From contig NZ_FUWK01000022.1 of assembly GCF_900167395.1 (NCBI RefSeq), forward strand, positions 14,106 through 46,105: a DNA stretch of 32,000 nt, in the 5' to 3' direction. Below, piece after piece: positions 10,145 to 19,757 of the stretch. The translations under genes and the position numbers were made by a program. Below the pieces are notes generated by a model. The model did not search any database. It was not told where the DNA came from and was given only the letters and a program-made list of their open reading frames with translations. The stretch is from Nitrosomonas europaea. Lineage in GTDB: Bacteria > Pseudomonadota > Gammaproteobacteria > Burkholderiales > Nitrosomonadaceae. Every line of letters begins with the position of its first letter. Position 1 is the first letter of the stretch.

Positions 10145-11790
10145 ATTTATCTCCGGAACACCTTGTCATTGCACCGGTTCTGATTCCATTCATCGCCGGA
10201 GTGCTGCTGCTTTTTCTCGATGATCGTGCACGGCACGTCAAAGCCTTCGTATCCGTTCTATCCACCATTGTATTGCTGGTGATATCGATCCTGCTTCTGT
10301 GCATTGTGCATACGGATAACAGTGCGAATGAAGACAGGATCGCGGTCTACCTGCTGGGTAACTGGCCACCCCCATTTGCCATCAACCTGGTGCTGGATCG
10401 CCTGTCATCGATGATGCTGGTTCTGACCGCGATGCTCGCTCTACCTTCTCTGGTATTTTCACTCGGGCGCTGGCACAAGGCCGGTGTCCATTTTCATACC
10501 CTGTTTCTGTTGCTGCTGATGGGGTTGAATGGCGCATTCCTGACCGGAGATCTGTTCAATCTCTTCGTATTCTTTGAAGTTATGCTGGCAGCATCCTACG
10601 GTCTGGTATTACACGGATCAGGATTATTGCGGGTGAAGGCGGGGTTACACTACATTGCCATCAACCTTGTCGCTTCACTGCTGTTTCTGATCGGAGTAGC
10701 TCTGATTTACAGCGTTACCGGCACGCTCAACATGGCCGATCTGGCCATACGTATCCCGCAAATCAATGAGGCAAACCGCACGATGCTGGAATCTGGGGCA
10801 GCCATTCTGAGTGTGGCCTTTCTCATCAAGGCAGGTATGTGGCCATTGAATTTCTGGTTGCCCACGACCTACGCCGCAGCACCAGCGCCGTCAGCAGCCA
10901 TTTTTGCCATCATGAGTAAAGTCGGCATTTATGTGCTGCTGCGTCTGTCACTGCTGTTTTTCGGGAGTGACCCTGGTTTTCCGGAAAGTCTGGGAGCACA
11001 GATACTGCTTTATGGCGGTCTGGCGACGATCAGCTTTGGCACTGTCGGGGTACTTGCTTCACAGACACCGGGACGGTTTGCCGGTTTTTCAGTGCTGATC
11101 TCATCCGGTACACTGCTGGCAAGCATCGGTCTGGTACAAACCGAAGTAACTGCCGGTGCCCTGTTTTATCTCGCCAGCTCCACACTGGCGATCAGCGCAC
11201 TGTTCATGCTCATCGAACTGGTTGAAAGAGGGCAGAATATGGCAGCAAGCGTTCTGGCCGTTACCATGGAAGCATTCGGTTATGACGATGAAGAAACGGA
11301 AAACGAGGAAATCATCGGAGTGGCCATTCCAAGAACGATTGCCGTGCTGGGCACATGCTTTGCCGCTTGCACCATTCTGCTGGCCGGTTTGCCGCCCCTT
11401 TCGGGTTTCATTGCCAAATTTGTCATCCTCAACGCCCTGTTCAGTCCCGGTGAATCAGGGCAGATGCACTTCATTCCCGCCACTCTCTGGTGGTTCCTGG
11501 CGCTGCTCATTTTTTCCGGGCTGGCTACCCTGATCGCCATGAGCCGCTCCGGCATACGTACTTTCTGGGCACCCCCGGTAGATACGGCACTGCCACGGGT
11601 ACTGCTGATCGAAATCGTACCGGTTGCCGCCTTGCTGTGCATGACACTCGTACTGACCATACAGGCGGGACCGGTGATGCGTTTCATGGAAGCAACCGCA
11701 AACAGCCTGCACGCACCACGGCCATACATTGAAGGGGTCATGAAGACACAGAGTGCGGTATTACCACAGCCGATGGAAACGACAGAATGA
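10141..11790 (+). CDS. mrpD: Mrp antiporter subunit D (NuoM/N-like)
   Basis: 549-aa polytopic protein with ND2/ND4-like motifs (FFEVMLAASYGLV, KAGMWPLNFWLP). Position in the operon fits subunit D. Confidence 0.9.
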   Translation: MNLSPEHLVIAPVLIPFIAGVLLLFLDDRARHVKAFVSVLSTIVLLVISILLLCIVHTDNSANEDRIAVYLLGNWPPPFAINLVLDRLSSMMLVLTAMLALPSLVFSLGRWHKAGVHFHTLFLLLLMGLNGAFLTGDLFNLFVFFEVMLAASYGLVLHGSGLLRVKAGLHYIAINLVASLLFLIGVALIYSVTGTLNMADLAIRIPQINEANRTMLESGAAILSVAFLIKAGMWPLNFWLPTTYAAAPAPSAAIFAIMSKVGIYVLLRLSLLFFGSDPGFPESLGAQILLYGGLATISFGTVGVLASQTPGRFAGFSVLISSGTLLASIGLVQTEVTAGALFYLASSTLAISALFMLIELVERGQNMAASVLAVTMEAFGYDDEETENEEIIGVAIPRTIAVLGTCFAACTILLAGLPPLSGFIAKFVILNALFSPGESGQMHFIPATLWWFLALLIFSGLATLIAMSRSGIRTFWAPPVDTALPRVLLIEIVPVAALLCMTLVLTIQAGPVMRFMEATANSLHAPRPYIEGVMKTQSAVLPQPMETTE

Positions 11791-12272
11791 ACAGATTGTT
11801 CCCATACCCGTTGCTGATCATCTTACTGATCATCACATGGCTGATGCTGGCCGGTTTCTCAGTCGGCCAGTTTCTGCTTGGCACCCTCACTGCAATTATC
11901 GCCACCTGGGGACTGGCCGCGCTGCACCCGGCAAAACCACGACTCCGGCGCTGGGATTTACTGCCCAGACTCTTTGCCATCGTGTTTTACGATATCGTGC
12001 GTTCCAACATCGCCGTAGCCGGAATCATTCTGCATGGGGGTAGAAAAGTCGGGAAATCCGGTTTCATGACCATTCCGCTCGATCTGCGCGACCCCATGGG
12101 ACTGGCCATTCTGGCCATCATCATAACGGGTACCCCCGGCACGGCCTGGATCGACTACAACTCTGCACGTAATATCCTGATACTGCATGTTTTTGATCTG
12201 GTTGATGAGACCGCCTGGTTGAATCTGATCAAGAATCGCTATGAATACCTGTTACAGGAGATATTTGAATGA
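11787..12272 (+). CDS. mrpE: Mrp antiporter subunit E
   Basis: 161 aa with 2 N-terminal TMs. ATGA overlaps on both sides; order in the operon fits subunit E. Confidence 0.8.
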   Translation: MNRLFPYPLLIILLIITWLMLAGFSVGQFLLGTLTAIIATWGLAALHPAKPRLRRWDLLPRLFAIVFYDIVRSNIAVAGIILHGGRKVGKSGFMTIPLDLRDPMGLAILAIIITGTPGTAWIDYNSARNILILHVFDLVDETAWLNLIKNRYEYLLQEIFE

Positions 12273-12550
12273 GTGCCACTATTCTTTTCTGGGCCGTTAC
12301 CACGGCACAAATTGCTCTGGGAATTGCCATGGTACTGGCACTGGCCCGCATGATCAGCGGACCGCGTGCTCAGGACAGAGTGCTGGGGCTGGATACACTC
12401 TACAATAACTCGATGCTGCTGATGCTCGTTTTTGGCATACGCACCGGTAATTCACTGTATTTTGAAATTTCCCTGATCATTGGTGCGCTGGGTTTTGTGG
12501 CAACCGTGGCATTGGCTAAATTTCTGATGCGCGGGGAGGTAATCGAATGA
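12269..12550 (+). CDS. mrpF: Mrp antiporter subunit F
   Basis: 93 aa with 3 TM. ATGA overlaps on both sides; order in the operon fits subunit F. Confidence 0.8.
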   Translation: MSATILFWAVTTAQIALGIAMVLALARMISGPRAQDRVLGLDTLYNNSMLLMLVFGIRTGNSLYFEISLIIGALGFVATVALAKFLMRGEVIE

Positions 12551-12972
12551 ATCATGCTGCTGACCTGCCGATATGGGCCACATTGCTCATTGCCCTTTTT
12601 CTGCTGATCGGTGCCGGATTGACACTGGTCGGTTCATTCGGACTTTACCACTTACGCAGTTTCTACGACCGTATTCACGCACCGACTCTCGGAACAAGCT
12701 GGGGAACAGCCGGTATCGCCATCGCTTCGGTGATTTACTTCAGTGTCGTGGAATCACAGCTCGTTCTGCATCAACTGCTGATTGGTGTATTCGTAATGGC
12801 AACTACACCAGTAACACTGATATTGCTAAGTCGCGCCGCACTTTACCGCGATCGCACGGAAAATAATCGCGATGTCCCTCCACTGCATCCGCTCAGAAAC
12901 CTGCCCCAGGCATCAGAACTGGAACAGGATTCTATGGCTACTCACAAAAATGCTGGTGAAGAGCAAAAGTAA
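12547..12972 (+). CDS. mrpG: Mrp antiporter subunit G
   Basis: 141 aa with 3 TM and a hydrophilic tail. It is the last gene of the overlapping operon. Confidence 0.8.
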   Translation: MNHAADLPIWATLLIALFLLIGAGLTLVGSFGLYHLRSFYDRIHAPTLGTSWGTAGIAIASVIYFSVVESQLVLHQLLIGVFVMATTPVTLILLSRAALYRDRTENNRDVPPLHPLRNLPQASELEQDSMATHKNAGEEQK

Positions 12973-13215
12973 TCCATGGCAGACAAACCAGGAAACGGTC
13001 AATGAGACCTTGCAGTGTGTGAGGGAATTCAGCTGCAGGAATGATGCACGGATGAAGAAGAATGTGTTGAATTGCTCAACTTGCGAGCATCAGGAAGATT
13101 GATTGGAATAACTGCTTAAACTACCCCGGATCCCACCTTGCTTCATCCGGATCAGAAAACGAACTTCGATCGCAAATGAAACAGGGGAACCCGGAGTAAT
13201 CACGAAACAACTGGC

Positions 13216-13500
13216 TTATTTGTGCATTGCACGTTTGAACATGCGATCAATTTTGGTTTCGGTATCAATCGAGCGTGCATTGGCCTCATTGGCCTTATCC
13301 ATTGCCTGATTAGCGATATTGACCGCATCATTGGCGGCTGCTCTGGCAGCAGCTGCATCTGATTTCGTTGCAGAAACATTGGATTCCAGTGCATCGACAC
13401 GCGATTTGAGTGCTTCAACCTCCCCGGTCGTTGCACAAGCGGACAAACCAGCACAAGCACCCACCAATACAAACATCGTTACCATTCTTTTCTTGTTCAT
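13216..13500 (-). CDS. Lpp-like (Braun-type) alanine-zipper outer-membrane lipoprotein
   Basis: 94 aa. Signal peptide with lipobox LSAC, followed by an Ala/Asn-rich heptad coiled coil (SRVDALESNVSATKSDAAAARAAANDA...). The C-terminal residue is Lys, as in E. coli Lpp. An AAGGAG RBS sits upstream. Confidence 0.75.
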   Translation of the reverse strand: MNKKRMVTMFVLVGACAGLSACATTGEVEALKSRVDALESNVSATKSDAAAARAAANDAVNIANQAMDKANEANARSIDTETKIDRMFKRAMHK

Positions 13501-13747
13501 TTCATCTATCTCCTTAATAAAAAAACATCACTTCACACTTTCACCCACTATTTCAAGAAAAACGTACATAACCTAACCCGATTTATAACACATTGCAATA
13601 TAAATCAAATGCAATAAAAACCTGAATGTGGCCTATTGATCGGCTGGACAAACGCCATAACCCATAAAAGACTTTCTTATTTTCAATGAAATCAGAAATC
13701 ACATACAAATATGACATACAGTTACATTTTTCTTGCACTCGGGGCAA

Positions 13748-14392
13748 TTAGTCGTTCCCGTCAACTTTCAGCAGTACCCTGCTCAGTTCGGCACTAGGCC
13801 GTGCCGCGATACGTTCAAACCAGGGGCCGATTTTTGGCAAATCGCGGTCGAACGGCTGATTGACCGCTACACCAAAATCCAGCCATACATAAAGCCAGAT
13901 ATCAGCAGCAGTAAAACGTTCACCACACAGATACGGCCCTGTTCCGAACATACCATCCAGCCAGCGCAGTCGATCCTGCGCCACACGCTTCAATCCGTCA
14001 GCCGCTTCGGGCAACACCGGGATACGGGGCTCAAACCGAGCCAACCCTTCCGCATAATGGTATGCATTATGAATAAATTCGGTAATATTGAGTTCCACCC
14101 GTCGCCACCATTGTCGGGTTTGTGCGCGCTGTTCGGGTGTATTGCCGATCAGCGCCGGTAAGGGATGAAGCTCTTCCAGATATTCTGCAATGGCAACGGC
14201 TTCTGTTAGCGTACTACCATCATCCAGACGCAACGCCGGGGTTTGTCCTGCCGGATTGACAGCCAGATACGCCGGCTGCCGATTTTCTCCAGTCATGACG
14301 TCCACTGTCACTGCTGACAGTTGTAACTGTTTCTCCAGCAGGAACATTCGTAAACAACGCGGCGCAGGACTGTGCGCATCATAAATCAGCAT
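13748..14392 (-). CDS. Glutathione S-transferase family protein
   Basis: 214 aa. N-terminal thioredoxin-like fold signature (SP..R.LRMFL......VNP.GQ.PAL....TLTE..AI..YL) and a helical C-terminal domain. GGAG RBS upstream. Confidence 0.8.
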   Translation of the reverse strand: MLIYDAHSPAPRCLRMFLLEKQLQLSAVTVDVMTGENRQPAYLAVNPAGQTPALRLDDGSTLTEAVAIAEYLEELHPLPALIGNTPEQRAQTRQWWRRVELNITEFIHNAYHYAEGLARFEPRIPVLPEAADGLKRVAQDRLRWLDGMFGTGPYLCGERFTAADIWLYVWLDFGVAVNQPFDRDLPKIGPWFERIAARPSAELSRVLLKVDGND

Positions 14393-14655
14393 GAATCAAC
14401 TCCGTTATTGCACAAATAGAGGATAGCGAGCGTAAAAACCGGCTGACGAAGCCACGTTTGTTTTTATTCGCATGAGCATAATCCGCAAGCACAGTTCCAC
14501 CCAACCCGAACCTCTCACAACCGTCCTCGCTTACGACAGGCATCATTACTTTCCTGTTCCACAATTATGCAATCAGAATACACGACATGGAAGTACGATC
14601 GAGAAACGTGGCCAGTCAGCACATGGATAAATACAACTGCTACCCTGCACGTGCC

Positions 14656-16506
14656 TCAAGCCACTCTGGAGACTTTCTCAATCAGGGTATTATTCATGGA
14701 GCCATTATCTGAAGCATGGTCACTGACCCATTCTATCAGCTCGTGTGCAGGCATGGGACGACCGAACAGATAACCCTGTACCTGATCACACCTCGCTTTT
14801 CTGAGGAAAGCATATTGTTCATGCGTCTCGACACCCTCTGCCACCACCCTGTGCCCCAGCGAATGTACCATCTGGACAATGGCAGTAACGATCGCTTCAG
14901 ATTTTGAATTCTTGCCGATATCGTCTACCAGGGATTTATCAATCTTCAGAACGTTGAACGGCAGATGTGAAAGCTGGTACAAATTGGAGTAACCCGTACC
15001 AAAATCATCAATTGAAATTTGTGCACCAGCCTCCCGCAGTTGTTCCAGGCGCGATTTTGCCGTCGCAAAATCAGACATGATCATTGATTCAGTAAGTTCG
15101 ATCTCGATAAGTAGCGGGTCAACTGCGTGTTGTTCAAGAATAGCGAGAATTTCATTTGCTATGCCGGAACGCTCGAACTGTACTGCAGAAACATTCACCG
15201 CAATGGGCATCGGCATCCCTACCTCCTGCCACGCGCGTGCCTGCCTGGCAACCATACGCAGGATATTCGTGCCAAGTGCTGGCATCAATCCGCATTGTTC
15301 AGCTATTCCGACAAATCTGGCTGGTGGTATCGCCCCTTTTTGCGGATGTTTCCAGCGCACCAGAGCCTCGACACCCGTAACCTGCAAGGTCTGGGCATTC
15401 AGCTTGGGCTGATAATGCATGTCCAGCATATCCTCTTCAATCGCCTTGCGCAGATCGGCCTCAATCTGGCTGCGTTCAACTGCAATATTCTTGAGTGATT
15501 CATCAAAAAACCGATATTGGTTTTTACCGGATTCTTTTGCCGAGTACATAGCTATATCGGCGTTGATCAGAAGCTGCCTCGGATCATCCGAGTCCGAGGT
15601 CACCCGGGCAATACCGATACTGGCACCAATCCTCAGTTCATTGTCGCTGACCAGGAAAGGTTCGTTCACTGCTTTGAGAATATCCGCAGCGTATTTCTCG
15701 AGTACGCGTCGATGAAATTCTCCCGGCATGATTGCCACGAACTCATCTCCGGCAAAGCGAGCGAAAACAAGTTTTTCAGGACAAGTTTGGCGTAACTCAC
15801 CAAATGCTGTCGTACAATTTTCAATCTGGCCACGTGTCAGATTAAATCCCTTTTCGATGACCCTCCGACTTACCTGACGCAGCAGTTCATCCCCTCCCTC
15901 ATGGCCCAATGTGTCATTGATGCGCTTAAACCCATCGAGATCGATAAACATCAGCGCACCCTTGCAATCCGCACTCCCCCGCATTCTCGCGGCAAGATCC
16001 AGAACATGGCTGACCACGGCCCGATTGGGCAATCCTGTCACAGCATCCGTATACGCCAGTGTATTGATCCGCACGATATTGGAATTGAGGCGATTCACCA
16101 TTGCACGAAAACTGTCAGCGAGGCTACCGACTTCACAGGCACAATCCACATCGACCGGTCTATCGAAATCTCCCGCTGCTATGGCATCGGTACTCTTGTT
16201 GAGCTCACGTATGGTATTTGTCAGCTTATTTGCGGCAAAATACGTAATTGCCGCAGGCAGGGAGATACTCAGCAGAATTGCCACAACGACTATACTGTCA
16301 GATGTTCCGGATTCTATTAACGGGAGTACATAGTGGTATTGCAGAAATGTACACAACGCCGTAAACACCAGAGCCATCAGCGTAAATCGGATCGGGATAC
16401 TGTTTAGCCCTCTCCCCTTGATTTTTCCGCCTTCTGGAATAAAGTTCCCGCCACGGGCAGTAAAACGCGCAACCCGGATTGCATATCTAGCAATAATCAG
16501 TTTCAC
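14656..16506 (-). CDS. Membrane-anchored HAMP-GGDEF-EAL c-di-GMP turnover protein
   Basis: 616 aa from GTG with an AGGA RBS. Two TMs with almost no periplasmic loop, then a HAMP segment. The GGDEF domain has an AGDEF active-site variant (RFAGDEFV). The EAL domain has EALVRW, DDFGTGYS and QGYLFGRP motifs. Confidence 0.9.
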   Translation of the reverse strand: MKLIIARYAIRVARFTARGGNFIPEGGKIKGRGLNSIPIRFTLMALVFTALCTFLQYHYVLPLIESGTSDSIVVVAILLSISLPAAITYFAANKLTNTIRELNKSTDAIAAGDFDRPVDVDCACEVGSLADSFRAMVNRLNSNIVRINTLAYTDAVTGLPNRAVVSHVLDLAARMRGSADCKGALMFIDLDGFKRINDTLGHEGGDELLRQVSRRVIEKGFNLTRGQIENCTTAFGELRQTCPEKLVFARFAGDEFVAIMPGEFHRRVLEKYAADILKAVNEPFLVSDNELRIGASIGIARVTSDSDDPRQLLINADIAMYSAKESGKNQYRFFDESLKNIAVERSQIEADLRKAIEEDMLDMHYQPKLNAQTLQVTGVEALVRWKHPQKGAIPPARFVGIAEQCGLMPALGTNILRMVARQARAWQEVGMPMPIAVNVSAVQFERSGIANEILAILEQHAVDPLLIEIELTESMIMSDFATAKSRLEQLREAGAQISIDDFGTGYSNLYQLSHLPFNVLKIDKSLVDDIGKNSKSEAIVTAIVQMVHSLGHRVVAEGVETHEQYAFLRKARCDQVQGYLFGRPMPAHELIEWVSDHASDNGSMNNTLIEKVSRVA

Positions 16507-16886
16507 CAGTTTTCCTTTTTGCTTGAATACCCCGGGGCTCTAAATGTTGCCGGCTGGTTTAGGATAATTTCATTTTTGTATTATTTCGATCACTGAAGGT
16601 AAAACGGACAAATATATGAAACCTTTATAAACTTGTGTAATTCATGAGCCATGGGATGATGATTTCTGCGTAACGTGGAATTTCCCATATCTGTCGTATC
16701 TACATGACAGCATGACAGGAGATGCAGTCACAGGAGCGTCAATTCCCTTCCGGCATGACATCACCGGAATAAAGTAGTAGCGTCCACAGTGCTACACTAC
16801 CGCAGTGTATAAATACAATGATTTGCGGACATCTTCGAACTACCCTCCGATTCACCTACTGTTACCAGAAAATTGACACTATTCCT

Positions 16887-17306
16887 ATGAATGAGAATGC
16901 CAGTCTGCTGGCACTTTTTACCAGCAGTTTTCTTGCGGCAACGTTACTACCGGGAGGATCTGAAGCTGTGCTGGCTGGGGTGCTGGTTGCTTATCCCGAT
17001 CTGTTCTGGCCAGCATTGAACATCGCCACGCTCGGTAATACGCTGGGGGGAATGAGTTCTTATGTGATTGGTCGTTTGCTGCCCGACGAACAGGCGCTGT
17101 CAGAGAAGATTGGTCGCCATGTTCACGGGCTGGAGTGGATACGCCGCCATGGGGCACCCGTGTTATTTCTGTCCTGGCTGCCACTGATCGGCGACATATT
17201 GTGCGTAGCCGCCGGATGGTTGCGGATCCACTGGGCCTCAGCAGCACTTTTCATTGCTGCAGGTAAATTTGCAAGATACTGGGTAATTGCTTTAGCAATC
17301 AGTTAG
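16887..17306 (+). CDS. yqaA: YqaA-family (DedA/SNARE-associated superfamily) inner-membrane protein
   Basis: Collinear with my recollection of E. coli YqaA (LF.SSFL.ATLLPG.SE..L......LGN.LGG......GR......W..R.GA..L.LSW.P..GD.LC..AGW.RI.W). Start set at the ATG at 16887 rather than the ORF-track start at 16818. Confidence 0.8.
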   Translation: MNENASLLALFTSSFLAATLLPGGSEAVLAGVLVAYPDLFWPALNIATLGNTLGGMSSYVIGRLLPDEQALSEKIGRHVHGLEWIRRHGAPVLFLSWLPLIGDILCVAAGWLRIHWASAALFIAAGKFARYWVIALAIS

Positions 17307-17339
17307 TACAATTGGTACACGGATCGGCTCATTGCCCGA

Positions 17340-17648
17340 TCATTTCTCAAACAGCTTCTGCAATTCTCCATTCTGATACATTTCGGACATGATGTCCGAC
17401 CCACCGATAAATTCCCCGTTGACATACAACTGGGGAATCGTAGGCCAGCTGGAATAATCCTTGATGCCCTGACGTATTTCCGGGTCAGCCAGCACATTTA
17501 CTGCAAAAAAATCCTCAACCCCGCAAGCATTCAATATCCGTATCGCGTTGGCGGAAAAACCACACTGTGGTTGCTGCGGCGTACCTTTCATATATAAAAC
17601 CACCGGGTGTGACGATACTTGTTTCTCAATAGAATCAACGACATCCAT
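17340..17648 (-). CDS. grxD: Monothiol glutaredoxin (Grx4 family)
   Basis: 102 aa with the CGFS active site (PQCGFS) and [13 protein letters not shown] motifs. AAGGAG RBS upstream. Confidence 0.9.
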   Translation of the reverse strand: MDVVDSIEKQVSSHPVVLYMKGTPQQPQCGFSANAIRILNACGVEDFFAVNVLADPEIRQGIKDYSSWPTIPQLYVNGEFIGGSDIMSEMYQNGELQKLFEK

Positions 17649-17811
17649 ATTTTATCTTCTCCTTGAATTTTACAAAGCAGTCATATATTTCATAACCAAC
17701 CGATATTCCAACTGACTCATCTCATACAAAAACTTCTTTCCTTTCATTTATTCATTTGAGTTTATGTATTCATAACAATTCACAAATCATGTCACAAATT
17801 CTTATCGAGAC

Positions 17812-18681
17812 TCATTCATACTGCCCACCAGTTACCCTGTCTGTACCGGCAATATCCGGTCGGGTAAACAAGTGGGTAAAACCAGCTTTAGCCAGTAATT
17901 CGCGACAGACATCAGCCTGGTCATAGCCATGTTCCAGCATCAACCATCCGGATGGTTCAAGATAGCCCGGAGCTTGCGCAATGATTGTACGAATACAATC
18001 CAGACCGTTATCCTGAGCCACCAGTGCAGTCAACGGTTCGAAACGCAGATCCCCTTCCTCTAAATGCGGATCTCCTGCAGCGACATAGGGGGGATTGGCT
18101 ACGATCACATCAAATTTTTCGCTGGTAAAACTGGAAAACCAGTCAGCCTCGATGAATACCACATTTTTTACAGCGTGCATTCTGGCATTCCTGCGGGCGA
18201 CTGCCATTGCTCCGGGAGAAAAATCGACCGCCGTCACACAGGTACTGGCGCGATGCCTGGCGAGGGTAATCGCGATAGCTCCACTCCCGGTTCCCAGGTC
18301 GAGAACATTACATTTCCTGTCAGATGGTATTTTCGATAATGCCATCTCCACCAGCAGCTCCGTTTCAGGGCGTGGAATCAATACATCGGGCGTCACTTCA
18401 AATACCAGATCGTAAAATCCCCTTTCTCCTGTCAGGTATGCAACCGGCTCCCCGGCTATGCGCCTTGCAAGCATTTGCCGGAAATGGGCAACCTGATCCG
18501 TACTGAGTAACTGTTCAGCATGCGCGATCAGGAAAGCCGCATCTGTGTTCAATACACTTTGTAATATCCAACGTGCATCGACGCGATCAACGACATTTGC
18601 AGCTCTCTGCAAAAGCTCACCGATTGTAACGGATGCATCCGGGCTCTCCCGTGCCGGAACAAGCAAATCGTTTCCCCTCAT
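17812..18681 (-). CDS. prmC: Peptide chain release factor N5-glutamine methyltransferase
   Basis: SAM-binding DLGTGSG and catalytic NPPY (IVANPPYV) motifs. I chose the ATG at 18681, which forms an ATGA overlap with the prfA stop. The ORF track extends to 18738. Confidence 0.85.
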   Translation of the reverse strand: MRGNDLLVPARESPDASVTIGELLQRAANVVDRVDARWILQSVLNTDAAFLIAHAEQLLSTDQVAHFRQMLARRIAGEPVAYLTGERGFYDLVFEVTPDVLIPRPETELLVEMALSKIPSDRKCNVLDLGTGSGAIAITLARHRASTCVTAVDFSPGAMAVARRNARMHAVKNVVFIEADWFSSFTSEKFDVIVANPPYVAAGDPHLEEGDLRFEPLTALVAQDNGLDCIRTIIAQAPGYLEPSGWLMLEHGYDQADVCRELLAKAGFTHLFTRPDIAGTDRVTGGQYE

Positions 18682-19757
18682 TTCTCTGTCATGGCAGCCA
18701 GTTGGGCGGCTTGGTGCTCGGCAGCCAGGGCGGAACATAGTTCATCCAGCTCGCCATCGATAATCTGCTCGATTTTATAGAGTGTGAGATTGATCCTGTG
18801 ATCAGTAATTCTGCCCTGCGGGAAATTATAGGTACGAATGCGCTCTGAACGTTCACCACTTCCCACGAGCGATTTTCGAGTAGCTGCCTGTTCAGCCTGC
18901 TGCGCACGTACCTGTTTGTCAAGGATACGGGCAATCAGAACACTCATCGCCTGCGCCTTGTTTTTATGCTGGGAGCGCCCCTCCTGGCATTCAGCCACGA
19001 TTCCCGTCGGCAAATGGGTAATCCGCACAGCCGAATCCGTTTTGTTGATGTGCTGTCCTCCAGCCCCGGAAGCACGAAAGGTATCGATCCTCAAATCAGC
19101 CGGATTCAGAGTGATATCGGCAATTTCATCTGCTTCCGGCAGAACCGCAACGGTACAGGTCGAAGTATGTACACGTCCCTGTGTTTCAGTCGCCGGAACA
19201 CGCTGTACACGATGTCCGCCCGACTCGAACTTGAGTCTGGAATAAGCACCGTGGCCAATGATTCGGACAATGATTTCCTTGTACCCGCCTACCTCGGAAG
19301 GATTCTGTGAAACGACTTCCACCTGCCATCCTTCCCGCTCCGCATAGCGACTGTACATGCGAAACAGATCGCCCGCAAACAGGGCGGACTCATCTCCTCC
19401 CGTACCTGCCCGTATTTCCAGAAAAATATTGCGCTCGTCATTCGGGTCCTTAGGCAACAACTGCCTGAGTATTTCGGTTTCGATATTTGTGAGTTTCCGC
19501 CTGTCTGCCTCGATTTCGGCTTCGGCAAAGTCACGAAACTGTGGATCTGAACTCATTTCCCTGGCTGTTGCCAAATCCTGTTCGACCTGTTGGTAGGTGC
19601 GATACAGCTCGGTTACTGGTTCGATTTCTGCCCGTTCACGCGAAAGCTTCCGGTAATTATCCAGATCCGCTGTGATTTTTTCGGTACTCAATAGCTTGTC
19701 CAGTTCCCCCAGCCGCATACTCAGCCGGGTGAGCTGATCGATAATTCCCTTGTTCAT
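18678..19757 (-). CDS. prfA: Peptide chain release factor 1
   Basis: 359 aa with the RF1-specific PAT tripeptide ([10 protein letters not shown]) and the GGQ motif ([10 protein letters not shown]). TAATG junction with hemA. Confidence 0.95.
   Translation of the reverse strand: MNKGIIDQLTRLSMRLGELDKLLSTEKITADLDNYRKLSRERAEIEPVTELYRTYQQVEQDLATAREMSSDPQFRDFAEAEIEADRRKLTNIETEILRQLLPKDPNDERNIFLEIRAGTGGDESALFAGDLFRMYSRYAEREGWQVEVVSQNPSEVGGYKEIIVRIIGHGAYSRLKFESGGHRVQRVPATETQGRVHTSTCTVAVLPEADEIADITLNPADLRIDTFRASGAGGQHINKTDSAVRITHLPTGIVAECQEGRSQHKNKAQAMSVLIARILDKQVRAQQAEQAATRKSLVGSGERSERIRTYNFPQGRITDHRINLTLYKIEQIIDGELDELCSALAAEHQAAQLAAMTEK

Noticed and set aside
11156-11741. Off-frame ORFs inside mrpD (11156-11533 on the plus strand, 11280-11741 on the minus strand)
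   Set aside because: They lie fully inside a well-supported NuoM/N-like membrane gene. Their products are Ser/Pro/Arg/Cys-rich low-complexity sequences with no RBS.
6882-12972. NuoL/M-like membrane subunits about 10 kb from RuBisCO as a possible DAB-type inorganic-carbon pump
   Set aside because: A complete overlapping Mrp gene set (A/B-C-D-E-F-G) is present. No DabA-like large soluble partner is found, and the operon is separated from cbb by many unrelated housekeeping genes.
13200-13472. 90-aa ORF overlapping the lpp-like gene in another frame on the same strand
   Set aside because: The 13216-13500 frame gives a textbook signal peptide, lipobox and coiled coil with a good RBS. The alternative frame shows none of these.
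18682-18738. N-terminal extension of prmC overlapping prfA by 60 nt
   Set aside because: The internal ATG at 18681 forms an ATGA coupling with the prfA stop. The extension ([19 protein letters not shown]) resembles translated out-of-frame prfA rather than HemK sequence.
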